Assembly: GCF_003918875.1 (NCBI RefSeq)
Contig: NW_025767392.1
Span: forward strand, 248,001-312,000
Length of the DNA stretch: 64,000 nucleotides
Origin: Haliotis rubra
Taxonomy: Eukaryota
Direction of reading: 5' to 3'
Below, one piece after another: positions 1 to 13,000 of this stretch (its first letter is position 1; each line of letters opens with the position of its first letter). Position numbers and translations under genes: made by a program. The notes under the pieces are model-generated. The model was not told the DNA's origin and did not search any database. It worked only from the letters and a program-made list of their open reading frames with translations.

Positions 1-625
1 GTCAATAACGTCTCGGGCAAAGTACACATTTTGTAATGAACTAGAGGTATATGTATTGTGCTAATATACGTGCCAGCATTACTTAGCACAATGATATCCC
101 AGTAAAAGTATGTGCCTATCACTGCTGGTGTCATGCTGATAGCTTACACATAGAACACACAGTTTCTCCATATCATATTTGTTGGTGAGATTGAATCGTC
201 CCAAAGGGTAAAGAATCCAGAAGAAAGTGAAAAGTGTGACAATAAGAACATGTTATTCTTTATTTGGTAGGTTCATAAAATCAGAATTACTCGCATAATC
301 TTAGATATAGAATGTCGAGCAAAAGAAAGTATACACATCGAAGGTACATTTAAACAAAACATCACAAACCTTGTCAAAATGTATCGTTGCTGGGATGAAT
401 GTGTGGTATTTTTAAGCAACTCAAACTGATCAAGACAATACCTGCTTCACTCTTCTCATTACATGATCATCGAATGGCCACAATAAGACATCTTCGAACA
501 CACACACATATATATATACCTTCTCAGTGCATGTATGTATCTCATCTGACAATAATATGCTAGGTTACAAATAGGCGTGTCATGAATTTGTATAGCTATA
601 TCCGATAGCAATCTGAAAACGTCAT

Positions 626-885
626 GCAGTTCTATTATTCAAATATCATATATGATCAGTATTTCTACATGTGTGAGATCTCAACTTAATATGCAAGTAT
701 TTTACATCACTGTTTCCACATACGTAAGCCTCTTAGCCATATAAGCAAATATTATACGCCGGTGTGTCCACTTATCTAAACCTCTCATCTTAATATGCAA
801 ATATCTTACATCAGTATTACCACATGTATAAACATCTCAACTCAACATGCAAACATTATATGTCTGTATTTTAACATCTGTCAGC
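626..885. repeat. Diverged 52-bp tandem array just downstream of the PhyH paralog 1 stop codon
   Basis: Units start near 678, 730, 782 and 834 (atctcaacttaatatgcaa.tatt.tacatca.t.tt.ccacat...aa.c), plus a partial unit from ~626. Confidence 0.6.
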
Positions 886-947
886 CTAATATGAACATAT
901 GCATGTATATTAGCAAGAACACATTTTTTATGCTGTCCGGTTCCAGG

Positions 948-3900
948 TCATGCCTTGTGCCAATTAGAGAAGGGAGTGTCCTTGTCCACTTTGGCCGTGT
1001 GGCGGTTCTGGTGAGTCATCTCCCACTTCAGCATGTGTGGACCCTGGACCGTCGTGTCCAACTCATCTTCCTGCAACATACATCAGCTCATTTTATATAC
1101 TACTGGATTAATTTCACAATTTCATTTTTACGGGTATATCCCTTAAGATATATACTTAATTAACTGTTTCCTCTTTTTAATGTATCATTTTATCATAATA
1201 TATCAGACAATGATACAACAGGGGAACTCTCTTATTGTTCTTAGTAATAGTTGGCACAAAAATTACGAGTGTTGGTTGAAAAGTTTGAGATTAAAAATCA
1301 TTTGGGTCTATTTGGCTTCTTTGAAGTTCTCCAACATGACGCTACCTCCGTGTCCTTGTTGCACGCCTCTTTGGAAGTGGCATTTCTGTCCACAGCCGCA
1401 AATGGGCTCCAGTCAATCTTGTAGTTTGGTTTGGACGGATCCCTCATCAGGATTCCCTCCTTCAAGCCGAAGAAGCCGACAGGTTTAGCTGGATCCTGCC
1501 AACGGAGGTCCATGCTCCACCGGATGTCTTTGGAAACATTCGGCAGACTGAATGAACATGACGAAAGGGGAACAGTTATAATTACCTGATTACCATGAGT
1601 AGGGAGTTGACAAAGTCATTTAACTTTCTTCTAATAACACTATAAGCAGTTTATTATATATTACCTTCTGTGAGGGATCATGTTGTTGATTAGAACCATT
1701 CCGCCATAGGGAACTGGACAGAGCTCAATATCTTTGTCCAGATCCACACCTGGAACAATTCATGATAAATAAGTGATATATTACCCAAGTATTGAAAATG
1801 GAATATTTTTAATTCTTAATGTAATTTAATTCTGAGATGGACATCGCTTATTGGTCATCTTATGATCACATCACAAGTCCTCTGTACACCCATATTAGTA
1901 TTAAGTAAACGATTAAACCATTTCTACAAAGTACCAATCGACGATATCAATATCGCATATGTGTTGATATATATTTCTTTTATATTATCCTCGATAATCT
2001 CCAGGGTATACGTTCCGATAAACATCCACTATACCCTGGATGCATTTACGGCTTTTTTTTTTCCTTAGCTGGCTCTGCATTCTCACAGTAACCAGTCAAA
2101 TAAGCCGTTACAACCGGACTTGCCAATGTTAATAACAAAGATAGCGGCCGCAGCCGCTAAGAGTTTGCTCGATGTGCAAAATCATACAGACAAATGGGCA
2201 AGTCTGAAACCTTAAAAAAGTATATGCAAGAACTCCTTCAGAATACCTCTGCAACAATTGTGTTGCCATGTTTAATCGGTTAGATAAAACAAGCGAAAGT
2301 GAGTTATGATAGAAACCTTGTGATTGGTACGCTCAACTTCCCAGCGTAGACATCTGATTGGATACAGAGCCAGCCAAGGGAGGTAATAAAATTATCGGGC
2401 CGAGCCGTAGATGCATCCAGGGTATAGGGGAAGTTTATCGTAACGTATACCCTGGAGATTATCGAGGATGTGGTAAATGCATACAATATACAGTATTCAC
2501 ACATACAGTATTCACACATACAGTACTCGACAGTGAATGGTATATCACATATGGATGTCTTATGATGAGAAAATACAATATTTCAACGACCCTTGAACAT
2601 ATGTAATGCCTAAATTACTTAGGTCCCATCCACTCAAAATAAAATGCAATAAGAATTTACATCTTACCAAGAGTCTTGACCATCTCCTCTTCTGGAAGTT
2701 CCACATACCACGTGTCTGCCCAGCAGCAGGTGTGACGGCAGATGCGACCTGGTCGGTGACCACCGGATACGACCTGGGAATTGAATTATCCCATGCAAAC
2801 TGTTTGGTTCAATTGCTAGAACTAAGTGAAGAAATAAGAAAACCTCTAGTTTATTGCATTACCGACGTGTCGATGTAGATTCCTTTTCTCAAGCAGGGAC
2901 TCTTATTCAAGTTGAAGAACATAACATAAGATCATAATCTCATATTACTGGTAAATGACATTTGTAGTGCACTGGTCCTGCTTTGTCTAATTATATTTTT
3001 GTGAGGAAGTTTGTTTTAGTTTGGTTTAAAGCTCATGCTACTCTCTATATACTGCAATGTATAACATATATTCGTACATTTGCGCTAGTTACCGAGCACA
3101 GAGCACAAACATCAAACGAGAAAAGAGACTCAAAAAGTATATAACATTTACTATAGTTTCGAAATATGAGTATCTCGGTTTATACAACGGGATCTGTGTA
3201 GGAGAAAATCTTACATGACGAAGCTTTACCGTTTTTAGTGAAACTCAAAAGAACGGGTTTTGAACTGACATTCCAAGGGTTGTAACTACTGCATTTCAGA
3301 TTTCTAATTAAACCTCAAACTATAACATGTATAGACAATTCGTCTTACAGATTAAGTGCGTAAAGTACTCGATTGTCTTAATACGTAACGTCATTGATAT
3401 CCTTACTCACCTCCATACATCCATTTTTAGCAGTGGCATCTAAAAGAGGAATCCAAGCCGTTGGTTGCAGAACTTTGTAAGATTCGTTGTCAAGGTAACC
3501 ACAATCTGAATAAAACAACTTACTTATCATCACGAGACATGACACGGACAGAATTAATGAAACCTATCTGAAACAATATCGGCTGTTTTAAGTTACTAAG
3601 TAGGTTAGTGAGTATTTATTCCCTTCACATCGTAAAACACCACTTACAGACTTCACACAATGTACCCATGTGGGGAATCGAGTCTTTGGTGTGACGAGGG
3701 AAAGATTCAACCACGAGGCTGACCTTATTCAATAAATCAAAATATTATAAGAATGGTGCATACTTAAAGGAGGCATCCACTTACCTTGATGCCAGGGAAC
3801 TGTAGATGCATTGTTCTGGGGTGTTTTAGTCCGCAGGTTCCATACTGGATGTCCAGCTATTTTTGGTCCAACCAGTTGCTCAACCAAATTCAAGAGTCGT

Positions 3901-6382
3901 TCATTGCTCCACACTGCACGGAAAGCCTATAATGTAAGAGACATGCGTGATAAATAATGAAAGGCCAGCAGTCTTCGACATTCTGACAACAGACGGAACA
4001 ATTCATCGACAGGACAAGACGTTTAAAGAACTTTATTAGATTACACAAAGATATTTGACTGTATATCTACATACCGGGGGAAGGGTTCCTGCTTTGTGTA
4101 AGATGATATTGGCACCGGGAAACTCTTTTTCAATAAACGACAAGCGCTCAAACAACCCTTTGTCCTTGTATAAATCTGAAATGAGAGACGTGTCCATGTC
4201 ATACCTATATTCATGTACCTATTTTGTAACGTTATTGAACTAAATTTGTATATCTAGATGTGTATATGAACATTTTGAATTCACAGGGGTTTTCCTCTGT
4301 AGTAATAACATACTTTTAATCTTTCCTCCTCTGTACAACTTCTGAGCGAGGTCCTCAACTAACTTCTCTATGGCTTCTCTGCAAGGATCCAGTTCCTCCT
4401 TTGAGAAGAACTTCTCCACTATCAGGTAGCCCTGGAGTAAAGCAAGATATTGAGAACATGATGTTAGAGTGAGTGACAAAGGAAACACTGTACTTGTGTA
4501 CAATGAAACTATTTGTACTGCACTGTGTACTACCGAGGTAAAATCTGTAAACATGTAACACTTCATATACATGCTTAGTTTTGACCGTTTTCACATATTT
4601 GTGAACAGCATGTTATTTGGCAATGAGATCAAAGAAACACTGTACTTGCATACTAAGAAGCTACCTGTACTGTACTACTGAGGTAAAGTCTGTAAACATA
4701 ATTCTGGGAATAAAAAACATGAAAAAAATATTGAGAACATCGTCGTTACAATATCTGAGGTCCCGTCGATGTGACGGATTTAGACTAAAGTCTCTGAATA
4801 TATATGATTGTGATAGTAACAAATAAACCTATTTGAATTGAAAAGGAGCCCCAGTGAGATGAAATCTAGAACTTGCTTCATCTAGGGCTTCAGCATTGCA
4901 GGAGGGCTGGGCAATAGGGGAAATAATGTGGTTCAGGGACTGTGAGACAGATTGTGGCGAACTCAAATTTTACATATAATGCAACTACATATAATTACGA
5001 AAATGTAAAATATTGCATGAGTCGTGTTTATGAAAAGTTCTACATGCAGTGAACAATTCCCAGCCCCTTACCTAATGTGTTCGCGGAATTACTTGAAGAA
5101 AATATGCCAGCATGCGTTCGTGACTGAAAGATCGCCTTGAACTACCAAGATAATTATGGGGAAATTTGTTTCGCCAGCAAGACGAAATATTACAGTTGGG
5201 CATAAGTGGTAAGCACCAGATAAGGAACAAACTTTATGGATGAACAACTTCTTTATTCAGAAGATGCCACTCAAAGAAGTTGGTAAGCACCAGTTCCTGT
5301 TTTGTCGGTGACTGGTTCAGACTGGCTGCTAATCAGGCAAAAAGCGTATGTGCAACATGCGGTTTGGCCGAAGCAGAGGTAAAAAACTACAAGATAGGTC
5401 ATCAAGGTGTGATCGAAGACTCAATGCGTCAATAGATACATTCCGTTGATCATGAAGTATAAAAACCGAAATCAGAGACATTATATATAATTACCTACAG
5501 GCTAACTTTGTTACATAAGCGGTAGCAATCAGTTGAAAACTCTGATATCAAAGTGGCCGTTGCCTATTCACAGGCCTGCTGACAGGCATGTGTCTTCTAA
5601 TCACAAATTAAGAGTGAGCACGGCGCCATGGGTATCCATGTTAAACTGACTGATTGTATGATGGTGGGCCAGCACATAAAACCGGAGTGACACACGTGTG
5701 CGTGCGCAAACGCCCACGCATGCACACTTACATCGGCACACATCCACGGTTCGATGTAGATTCTTACTTCGTATATCTTAGCTAGAAAACGGTGAAATAA
5801 TCTACATCGACGCGTCACTCTACCCAATAAACAAGAATTTGTTATCCATAAAGTTTTATGCTTCATTATTGACTCACCAACTTGTAAAACAACTTCAAAC
5901 AAATATTAATTTAGACACAGTTTATTATTTTGTTGAATTCAACTTATCAAAGAGCTGATCAAACTGAATCTTATTGAAATACTACGAATGATCATGTTTA
6001 GTTGAAAATCAAACTAAGCGAATTTGAATGTTTTAATTATTGTTTACAGGAAACTGATCTAGCCTGTATTAATTTATTCGTATAGCCTGTGTTATTATAT
6101 ACTAATCGTTTTTTAATGTTTTAACTATTTTTTAAAGATTTATTAATTTATCCATACAGACTGTATTTTTCATACAGAAATTACCTGCAGAATAATTATC
6201 TTGTTGAATGTTAATGTTACACGGAGTACACAAAACATTCACCTTGTCAAAGAAATGATCCACTTGAGCCTTAGTGAGTTGGCCTGGCTTTGTTTGAGTT
6301 GGCTGTGGTGGGGAACAGTGAACACTTCGGGATAAGCAACGTCACAATCCCCAGGGTAGCGGATCGTCGTTGTCGTCGACAT
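948..6382 (-). CDS. PhyH-family Fe(II)/2-oxoglutarate dioxygenase, paralog 1 (9 exons, ~370 aa if the 1-nt deletion in exon 1 is corrected; otherwise a pseudogene)
   Basis: Exons 6382-6243, 4431-4314, 4175-4075, 3926-3785, 3505-3411, 2773-2668, 1749-1665, 1547-1346, 1070-948, all with GT-AG boundaries and consistent phases. Translation has GYLIVEKFF, VPWHQD (HxD), AWIPLLDA..NGCMEVVSGGHR, PHRS (distal His) and DIRWSMDLRW (2OG-binding Arg), the PF05721 pattern. Exon 1 is 140 nt where alignment to the paralogs requires 141. Confidence 0.88.
1986..2470. mobile_element. Non-autonomous DNA transposon (MITE) with ~70-bp TIRs in intron 6 of PhyH paralog 1
   Basis: Left (t)ATCCTCGATAATCTCCAGGGTATACG...GGATGCATTTACGGCT is the reverse complement of right AGCCGTAGATGCATCC...CGTATACCCTGGAGATTATCGAGGATG. 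A second copy lies at 46393-46766. Confidence 0.85.
3601..3722 (-). mobile_element. Degenerate tRNA-derived SINE (family B)
   Basis: cttcacacaatgtacccatgtggggaatcga...gtgacgag matches family B copies at 27388 and 63206. Confidence 0.65.
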
Positions 6383-7149
6383 GATAGCTCCTCCTTACAG
6401 TAAATGTTCCGACAATGTGGCCAGATAATGGCTATGTAGTTGTGAGTTGATTGTGGTTGTGAGTTGATCTGTTTTTCGGTATCACACCAGACTACACACA
6501 GTCATCTGAAGTACGTCGTCGTTTTTAGCACAAGAGAGGTACTACCACTTATGGACTAAGAGGAAAATATAGAATTCATTTTTATATGTGTATGTGGACT
6601 TGCGTGTGAATGTACATATTGTGCGTTATCTTATGTTTAAACTCAAGATACCTTACATTCTATTTTAAGTGTTAACTCCCGGAGATACATGACATTATAT
6701 GAGATTGCATGATGTGCTCGCGTGCTTTCTTAAATCTACCATATTCAGAACAAACCATCAAGAAATACGGTGCTTTCGTTATGTTGTGTATTATACTTGA
6801 AGAAGAATTGGGTAATATGTAATGATCAAGTTTGGTGGTTCACGTTTCTTTATTTGTTTTTTAACATTTTGAGGTTCGTATATATTCGACACCCCATTTA
6901 TTTTATGATAAGTGAAAAACAAATATACACAGACACAGACATTTAAAATTTGAAAGCGATAAACACGTATATGCTAGAAAAATTTAATGGTTCGAGCCCA
7001 GAATGTCCTGGCACGGCCAAGGGAAGCAACTGGCAACTTAAAGGTTCAGTATCGACAGGGTTGTGGGTACAACAGGGCTCGTGTTATGAACATAGTAAGG
7101 CTAGTAGTGTGGGTACAGAATGACTATTGTTAAGTACTGCTGATGTTAC

Positions 7150-8245
7150 ATGTGGATTATGACAGGTGTAGCTGTGTTACAGGTTGAGTATGACAGGTGT
7201 TATATGTGGATTATGACAGGTGTTACAAGTAGTTTATGGCAGGTGTTACATTTAGTTTATGACAGGTGTTACATGTAGTTTATGACAGGTGTTACAGGTA
7301 GTTTATGACAGGTGTTACAGGTAGTTTATGACAGGTGTTACAGGTAGTTTATGACAGGTGTTACAGGTAGTTTATGACAGGTGTTACAGGTAGTTTATGA
7401 CAGGTGTTACAGGTAGTTTATGACAGGTGTTACAGGTAGTTTATTACAGGTGTTACATGTAGTTTATGACAGGTGTTACATGTAGTTTATGACAGGTGTT
7501 ACATGTAGTTTATGACAGGTGTTACATGTAGTTTATGACAGGTGTTACAGGTAGTTTATGACAGGTGTTACATGTAGTTTATGACAGGTGTTACAGGTAG
7601 TTTATGACAGGTGTTACATGTAGTTTGTGACAGGTGTTACATGTAGTTTATGACAGGTGTTACAGGTGTAGTTTATGACAGGTGTTACATGTAGTTTATG
7701 ACAGGTGTTACAGGTAGTTTATGACAGGTGTTACACATGTAGTTTATGACAGGTGTTACATGTAGTTTATGACAGGTGTTACATGTAGTTTATGACAGGT
7801 GTTACATGTAGTTTATGACAGGTGTTACATGTAGTTTATGACAGGTGTTACATGTAGTTTATGACAGGTGTTACATGTAGTTTGTGACAGGTGTTACAGG
7901 TAGTTTATGACAGGTGTTACATGTAGTTTATGACAGGTGTTACAGGTAGTTTATTACAGGTGTTACAGGTAGTTTGTGACAGGTGTTACATGTAGTTTAT
8001 GACAGGTGTTACATGTAGTTTATGACAGGTGTTACAGGTAGTTTATGACAGGTGTTACATGTAGTTTATGACAGGTGTTACAGGTAGTTTATGACAGGTG
8101 TTACATGTAGTTTATGACAGGTGTTACATGTAGTTTATGACAGGTGTTACATGTAGTTTATGACAGGTGTTACAGGTAGTTTATGACAGGTGTTACATGT
8201 AGTTTATGACAGGTGTTACAGGTAGTTTATGACAGGTGTTACAGG
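7150..8245. repeat. 23-bp minisatellite upstream of PhyH paralog 1
   Basis: Unit GACAGGTGTTACA(T/G)GTAGTTTAT, about 45 nearly perfect copies. Confidence 0.97.
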
Positions 8246-8930
8246 TGGAGCATGACTGCTATATTACATCTTAAAGTTGAGTATCGTTTGCGATATAACA
8301 GAGAATAGCAGTAGTTACAGGCCTCGATGTTACAGGTACAGTACGGCTAATTGTTAATAGAAGAGTGTGACTGCTTGTTGCATGTACCTGGATTACATGT
8401 GTGTGAGTTTGAATTTCGTGCCCAAACTTTATTTTTGCAATACACCCACAGATTTGTCGTTGGGCGCTCAAATTGATACCCCAAACATTGACCTTTTCCC
8501 CCATCTTTACTCGTAAAACAAAAGGTATCTGAAACAGGCTTAAAATAATCAGCACACCTGAATGATGTTCAAATTCATTAGAGTCAGATCTGAACACGCT
8601 TTGAGATCGGGTCAGGTTAACTCTGATCAAAAGTCGAAACACATACCACAGGACAAATATACTCGTGCATCTTTGGGATGCCATCAATAGCCGCTCTGCT
8701 TTATTTATCTGGAATGTTTCGTTTCAATACTTTTTTCGATGTATTGAAATCAGATGCTGAACCTTGTATTCCATGGAAGAACGTCACTCCGTTATCTATA
8801 CCGTAATTCACATCAGTAATTAAAACAAAACTTAACAAGAACAATCTGACTATGAACGCCAGAGACATTTAGGGGGATTGTTGTGAACCCCACATTTACA
8901 ATGAGTGAGCTAGAAGACACCTTTTGTTTG

Positions 8931-9179
8931 ACCCGTGAAGGTCCGGGTTATAATTGGTCTTCAGCAACCCATGCTTGTCGTAAGAGGCGACTAACGGTAT
9001 CGGGTGGTCAGGCTCGCTGACTTGGTTGACACATGTTATCGTATTCCAGTTGCGTAGATCGATGCTCATGCTGATGATCACTGGATTGACTGGTTCAGAC
9101 TATGTTATTTACAGCCCGCCGCCATATAGCTGGAATATTGCTGAGTGCAGCGTTAAACAACCAACCAAACCAACCAAAG
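8931..9179 (+). mobile_element. Short retroposon family A (no tRNA head), full length
   Basis: Starts ACCCGTGAAG; contains GTCGTAAGAGGCGACTAA; tail GCTGGAATATTGCTGAGTG..CGTTAAAC plus (CAAC)n; TSD CCTTTTGTT. Confidence 0.9.
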
Positions 9180-9212
9180 CCTTTTGTTCAACGTCGCTTT
9201 GAACAGCATTCT

Positions 9213-9461
9213 ACCCGTGAAAATCCGGGTTAGAATGAACCTTCAGTAACCAATGCTTGTCGTAAGAGGCGACTAACCAGATCGGGTGGTCAGGCTCGCT
9301 GACTTGGTTGACATATGTCATCGGTTCCCAGTTGCGCAGATCGATGCTCATGCTGTTGATCACTGGATTGTCTGGTCCAGTCTCGATTATTTACAGGCCG
9401 CCGCCATATAGCTGGAATATTGCTGAGTGCGGCCTTAAACTAAACTCACTCACTCACTCAC
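9213..9461 (+). mobile_element. Short retroposon family A, full length
   Basis: Same body with (ACTC)n tail; 14-bp TSD TTGAACAGCATTCT. Confidence 0.92.
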
Positions 9462-10073
9462 TTGAACAGCATTCTTGTTATGTTACAGCGTATCAGCTTT
9501 CTGTGGGGAGAAGGCTCGAAGTGGTGCATGCATTACACGTTTACCTCTTTTATAAAACCCACAAAACCAGGTAAGGTGTTGACAAACCTAGAAAAACAAT
9601 CATGACCAACTGGGACTCGAACCCACGATCATAACTTATCTAAATGTGAATGTGACACAAACAATCGGTAAGAAGGAAATATCTGTTTATTACCCATATG
9701 GTTCAATAGAAGCAACCTGGTGTAAATAAAACAAAGCACACGTGGTATAACTATTTGAAGTACGCTGCAACCTTGTTGACATATGACACACACCATTGTC
9801 TACGTCATTTATAATGACGACACAGTGTGTGCCATTACTGTAGAAGTCATGTGGAAATGTTAGCTCTGTATGCGGATACGTTTCCTTCCACTGCAGGAAA
9901 TACCACAGTGCAAATGATGACAGAAACATTTTGTTTCGTATAATTATTTCGACAGTCACATATTTTTATCATATATATGTATCTGCTTCACAATTAATAC
10001 AAAACATCCTCATCAAGCGGTAATATGAAACATAGAGTTGAGCATGACGTCACGGATTACGTCATCCTCCACG

Positions 10074-13000
10074 TCACGACTTATGCCAGCTGCTGTAAGC
10101 CTTCCCTTTCACAAGTTTGGCAGTGTGTCGGTTCTCGTGGGTCATTTCCCATTTCTCCATATGGGGGCCTTGGATAGTTGTCTCGAATGCATCCTCCTGC
10201 AACACATGGGGTCAATATACAACTTATACCACGACGTTCGCACAGTGCCAACGTATCTACGATTACTACCAACGTATATGCCGATGCTGTTGATCACTGG
10301 ATTGTCTGGTTCTGATTATTTACAGAGCGCCGCTAGAATATCCCCGTGAAGATCCGGGTTAGAATTGGTCTTCAGCAACCCATGCTTGGAATATTGCTGA
10401 GTTAGACAACAAACCAGCCAACCTAACTTGTGTTGCCTGAGCGACCCTTTAGATAAGATTGTTTCATGACAGGTCAGATGACTGGAACTTTGAATAAAGT
10501 ACTTTACGACATAAGATCTTTTATCGGGGTTTAGAATCATGAGTCATGTGGGTACTCTTCAGCTTGAGAAGATAAGATATCTTATCATGCAATGTGTCAT
10601 GGGACGATACAATAACCAACTGATAAACAAAACTGACAAAGCTAATTACTTGATAAGGTTACAATTAAATATAAATTATTTTTGCTAAAAATGTGATTAA
10701 ATTCATTATACATTTTGTTAGTTCATGGATTCAAAACATATGTTCCTTGTTGGCGATATGTTATATTTTCACCTGCTCGTATATACATGTATAAATGGCT
10801 CTGTATCCTTCTGGGATATTGCTGCCATGAGCCACTTGTATGTTTACTATGTTTCCACCCTCACGTTTATGTTTACTATGTTTCGAACTTCACTTGTATG
10901 TTTACTATGTTTCCTCCTTCACTTGTATGTTTACCATGTTTACTTCATGTTTTTACTTCTCCACTATGTATGTTTACTATGTTTCCGACTTCACTTGTAT
11001 GTTTACTATGTTTCCACCCTCACGTGTATGTTTACTATGTTTCGAACTTCACTTGTATGTTTACTATGTTTCCATCCTTCACTTGTATGTTTACCATGTT
11101 TCCACCTTCACCTCTATGTTTACTATGTTTCCGACTTCACTTGTATGTTTACCATGTTTCCGACTTCACTTGTATGTTACTATGTTTCCGACCTCACTTG
11201 TATGTTTACCATGTTTCCGACTTCACTTGTATATTCACTGTTTCCACCCTCACGTGTATGTTTACTATGTTTCTTACTTCACCTCTCTGTTTCCTATGTT
11301 TCCACCTTCACTTGTATGTTTACCATGTTTCCACCTTCACCTCTGTATTTACCATGTTTCCGACTTCACTTGTATGTTACTATGTTTCCACCTTCACTTG
11401 TATGTTTACTATTTTTCCACCTTCATTGATATGTTTGCTGTCTTCCCTTATTCACTTGTATATTCACTATGTTTCCACCTTCACTTGTATGTTTACTATT
11501 TTTCCACCTTCATTGATATGTTTGCTGTCTTCCCTTATTCACTTGTATGTTTACTATCTTTCCACCTTCACTTGTATGTTTACTATTTTTCCACCTTCAT
11601 TGATATGTTTGCTGTCTTCCCTTATTCACTTGTATATTCACTATGTTTCCACCTTCACTTGTATGTTTACTATGTTTCCACCTTCACTTCTTTGTTAACT
11701 ATGTTTCCACGATCACCTCTATGTTTACTATGTTTCCACGTTTCTTTGAATAATAACCGCCACTATCCTTGTTTTACTATCGTCAACTATATAAGTAATA
11801 TCTATTAATTCCTTCTTTGGCTCATTCACAGTAGACTAACTGAACAATACCTCATCCATCTTTTCGTTCAGGGATTCTTCGGCGGCCACGTGTCTGTCCA
11901 CAGATATAAATGGGCTCCAGTCAATCTTGTAGTTCGGTTGGGATGGATCTCTCATCAAGATTCCCTCCTTCAGGCCGAAGAAGCCGACAGGTTTAGCAGG
12001 GTCCTGCCAACGGAGGTCCAAGCTCCATCGGATGTCGTTGGAAACGTTCGACAGACTGAATAGATATATATAGTTACATCGCATTTCATTATTACATAAA
12101 GTTAAGCAAATACGTTTATTGTGTTATAAAGGTAAATTGGTGTATAATGCATGTGTCCATATGTATTGTGATGTGATTACATAGTGCATTGCTTTTGTAG
12201 ATACTGTATTACCTTCTGTGTGGGATCATGTTGTTGATTAGAAGCATCCCACCATAGGGAATTGGACAGAGCTTAATGTCTTTGTCCAGATCCACACCTG
12301 GAACAACAGAGTAGAGTCTTAGATTAACTCACCTAACGTCAGCTGATGCCCGATCACCACAAAGCCCAACATAAATTCATAATTAACAATTCGGCATTAC
12401 ATAAACTCAACTGAAATTATAAAGTGTTGTTACATCGATGTGACTACAACGGGAATTCTGTTTGTCTAATTTGGGGTTTATGTTTGCTATCTGTCTTCTC
12501 CACACAATTACCCTTAAGCATTTACCTAGGTGGTACTCTAAAACCGTTTTGAGTAAAGAGAAACACATCCAATATGCACTTTATATAAACCAGCCACAGC
12601 AGGTATGGTCTCATTGTGACATTGTGAAGGAAAGGTTGGACCCGATTTCGCACTTGGTAAAGGGCTAGAGGTAATGAGGTTATGTATACATGTATGTCCA
12701 ATTCATTTTACAACGGTCAAGCACTGAAAATGTATTTCTTTAAAATGCAAAGTAGTGATTTGCTCAAAATGCACTAAATAATTATTCAGTAAGAATGAGA
12801 TTCATATCTTACCCAGAGTCTTGACCATCTCCTCTTCTGCAAGTTCCACATACCACGTGTCTGCCCAGCAGCAGGTGTGACGGCAGATACGACCTGGTCG
12901 GTGGCCACCGGATACGACCTGTGGACAGAGAGCGTTGAGTTACACCATACAGTCAATGATATGTATGATGCAATGGCCCAGATGGTATGAGTGAGGGCGT

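Noticed and set aside
10715-11808. Long ORFs of 234-327 aa
   Set aside because: Three-frame translations of a stop-poor 29-bp minisatellite antisense to an intron.
11836-11850. PhyH paralogs ending at EVLFS* by read-through of exon 8
   Set aside because: A conserved 123-nt ninth exon with a good acceptor exists in all three paralogs, so splicing at GAG|gta is the better model.
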